DNA from: a virus
Lineage: Duplodnaviria; Heunggongvirae; Uroviricota; Caudoviricetes
Reading direction: 5' to 3' (one strand)
DNA: 28,905 nt
IMG/VR virus record: IMGVR_UViG_2740892258_000013
Positions within the stretch are counted from its first letter, which is position 1; every line of letters begins with the position of its first letter. The translations under genes and the position numbers were made by a program. Under the pieces are notes generated by a model, which was not told where the DNA came from, searched no databases, and was given only the letters and a program-made list of their open reading frames with translations. Shown one piece after another: positions 28,604 through 28,905 of this stretch.

Positions 28604-28905
28604 GCCGCCCTGTCTCCCCATCGCGCTTTCCATTCGAGAGCCAGTCGCGCTTCGTCTGACCACTTAACGCCACGCTCTGTACCGAATGCCTGTATAAGCT
28701 CTAATAGCTCCGCAAATTCGTTTACACGCATCCTGCTGGTTGACTGGCCTATTACCACAAAGCCATTCCCGGCAAGGTTAGGAACAACATCCTGCTGCTT
28801 TAATGCTGCGGTAAACACACACTTCCAGCTTTCTGCATCCAGCCAGCGACCATGCCATTCAACCTGACGAGAGACGTCACCAAGGCAAGCCCAAAGCTTT
28901 CGATT
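28600..28905 (-). CDS. ninB: NinB recombination protein, 5'-truncated by the window end
   Basis: The reading frame is open to the window edge: ...[97 protein letters not shown], matching recalled lambda NinB. Confidence 0.8.
   Translation of the reverse strand, partial: NRKLWACLGDVSRQVEWHGRWLDAESWKCVFTAALKQQDVVPNLAGNGFVVIGQSTSRMRVNEFAELLELIQAFGTERGVKWSDEARLALEWKARWGDRAA

Noticed and set aside
28469-28867. 132-aa plus-strand ORF at the window end
   Set aside because: Antisense to ninB and ninE, which are supported by near-identity to lambda proteins.

Overview
The whole window reads as one P22-like temperate podophage genome in phage-form gene order; by recalled protein similarity it is most consistent with the E. 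coli K1 CUS-3 type. No database search was run, and all homology statements come from memory of family sequences. Layout: a tyrosine integrase (1-1158, +), a short AT-rich gap with a terminator and the probable attP, then the polysialic-acid O-acetyltransferase gene neuO (-) with a 9-copy heptanucleotide repeat at its 5' end. Next is an endosialidase tailspike gene (-) with a P22 gp9-like head-binding N-terminus, broken by four exact 56-bp tandem duplications and one further frameshift. The immI-like region follows: ant, a Cys-rich ORF and arc on the minus strand; an extra ribbon-helix-helix gene and mnt on the plus strand. Downstream of mnt is an AT-rich three-gene cassette (7541-8890, +) encoding an unknown protein, a YafO-toxin-like protein and a small membrane coiled-coil protein. 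This cassette is my best candidate for an undescribed exclusion or abortive-infection system. The rest is the P22-type late operon on the minus strand (gp16, gp20, gp7, gp14, gp26, gp10, gp4, coat, scaffold, portal, terminases), a Rha protein, a lambda-type lysis cassette (S, R, Rz/Rz1), a QuuD-type Q antiterminator and a lambda-like nin region (ninH, rusA, ybcO-like, Rha/KilAC, ninF, ninX-like, ninE, ninB truncated at the window end). No rRNA, tRNA or CRISPR array was seen.
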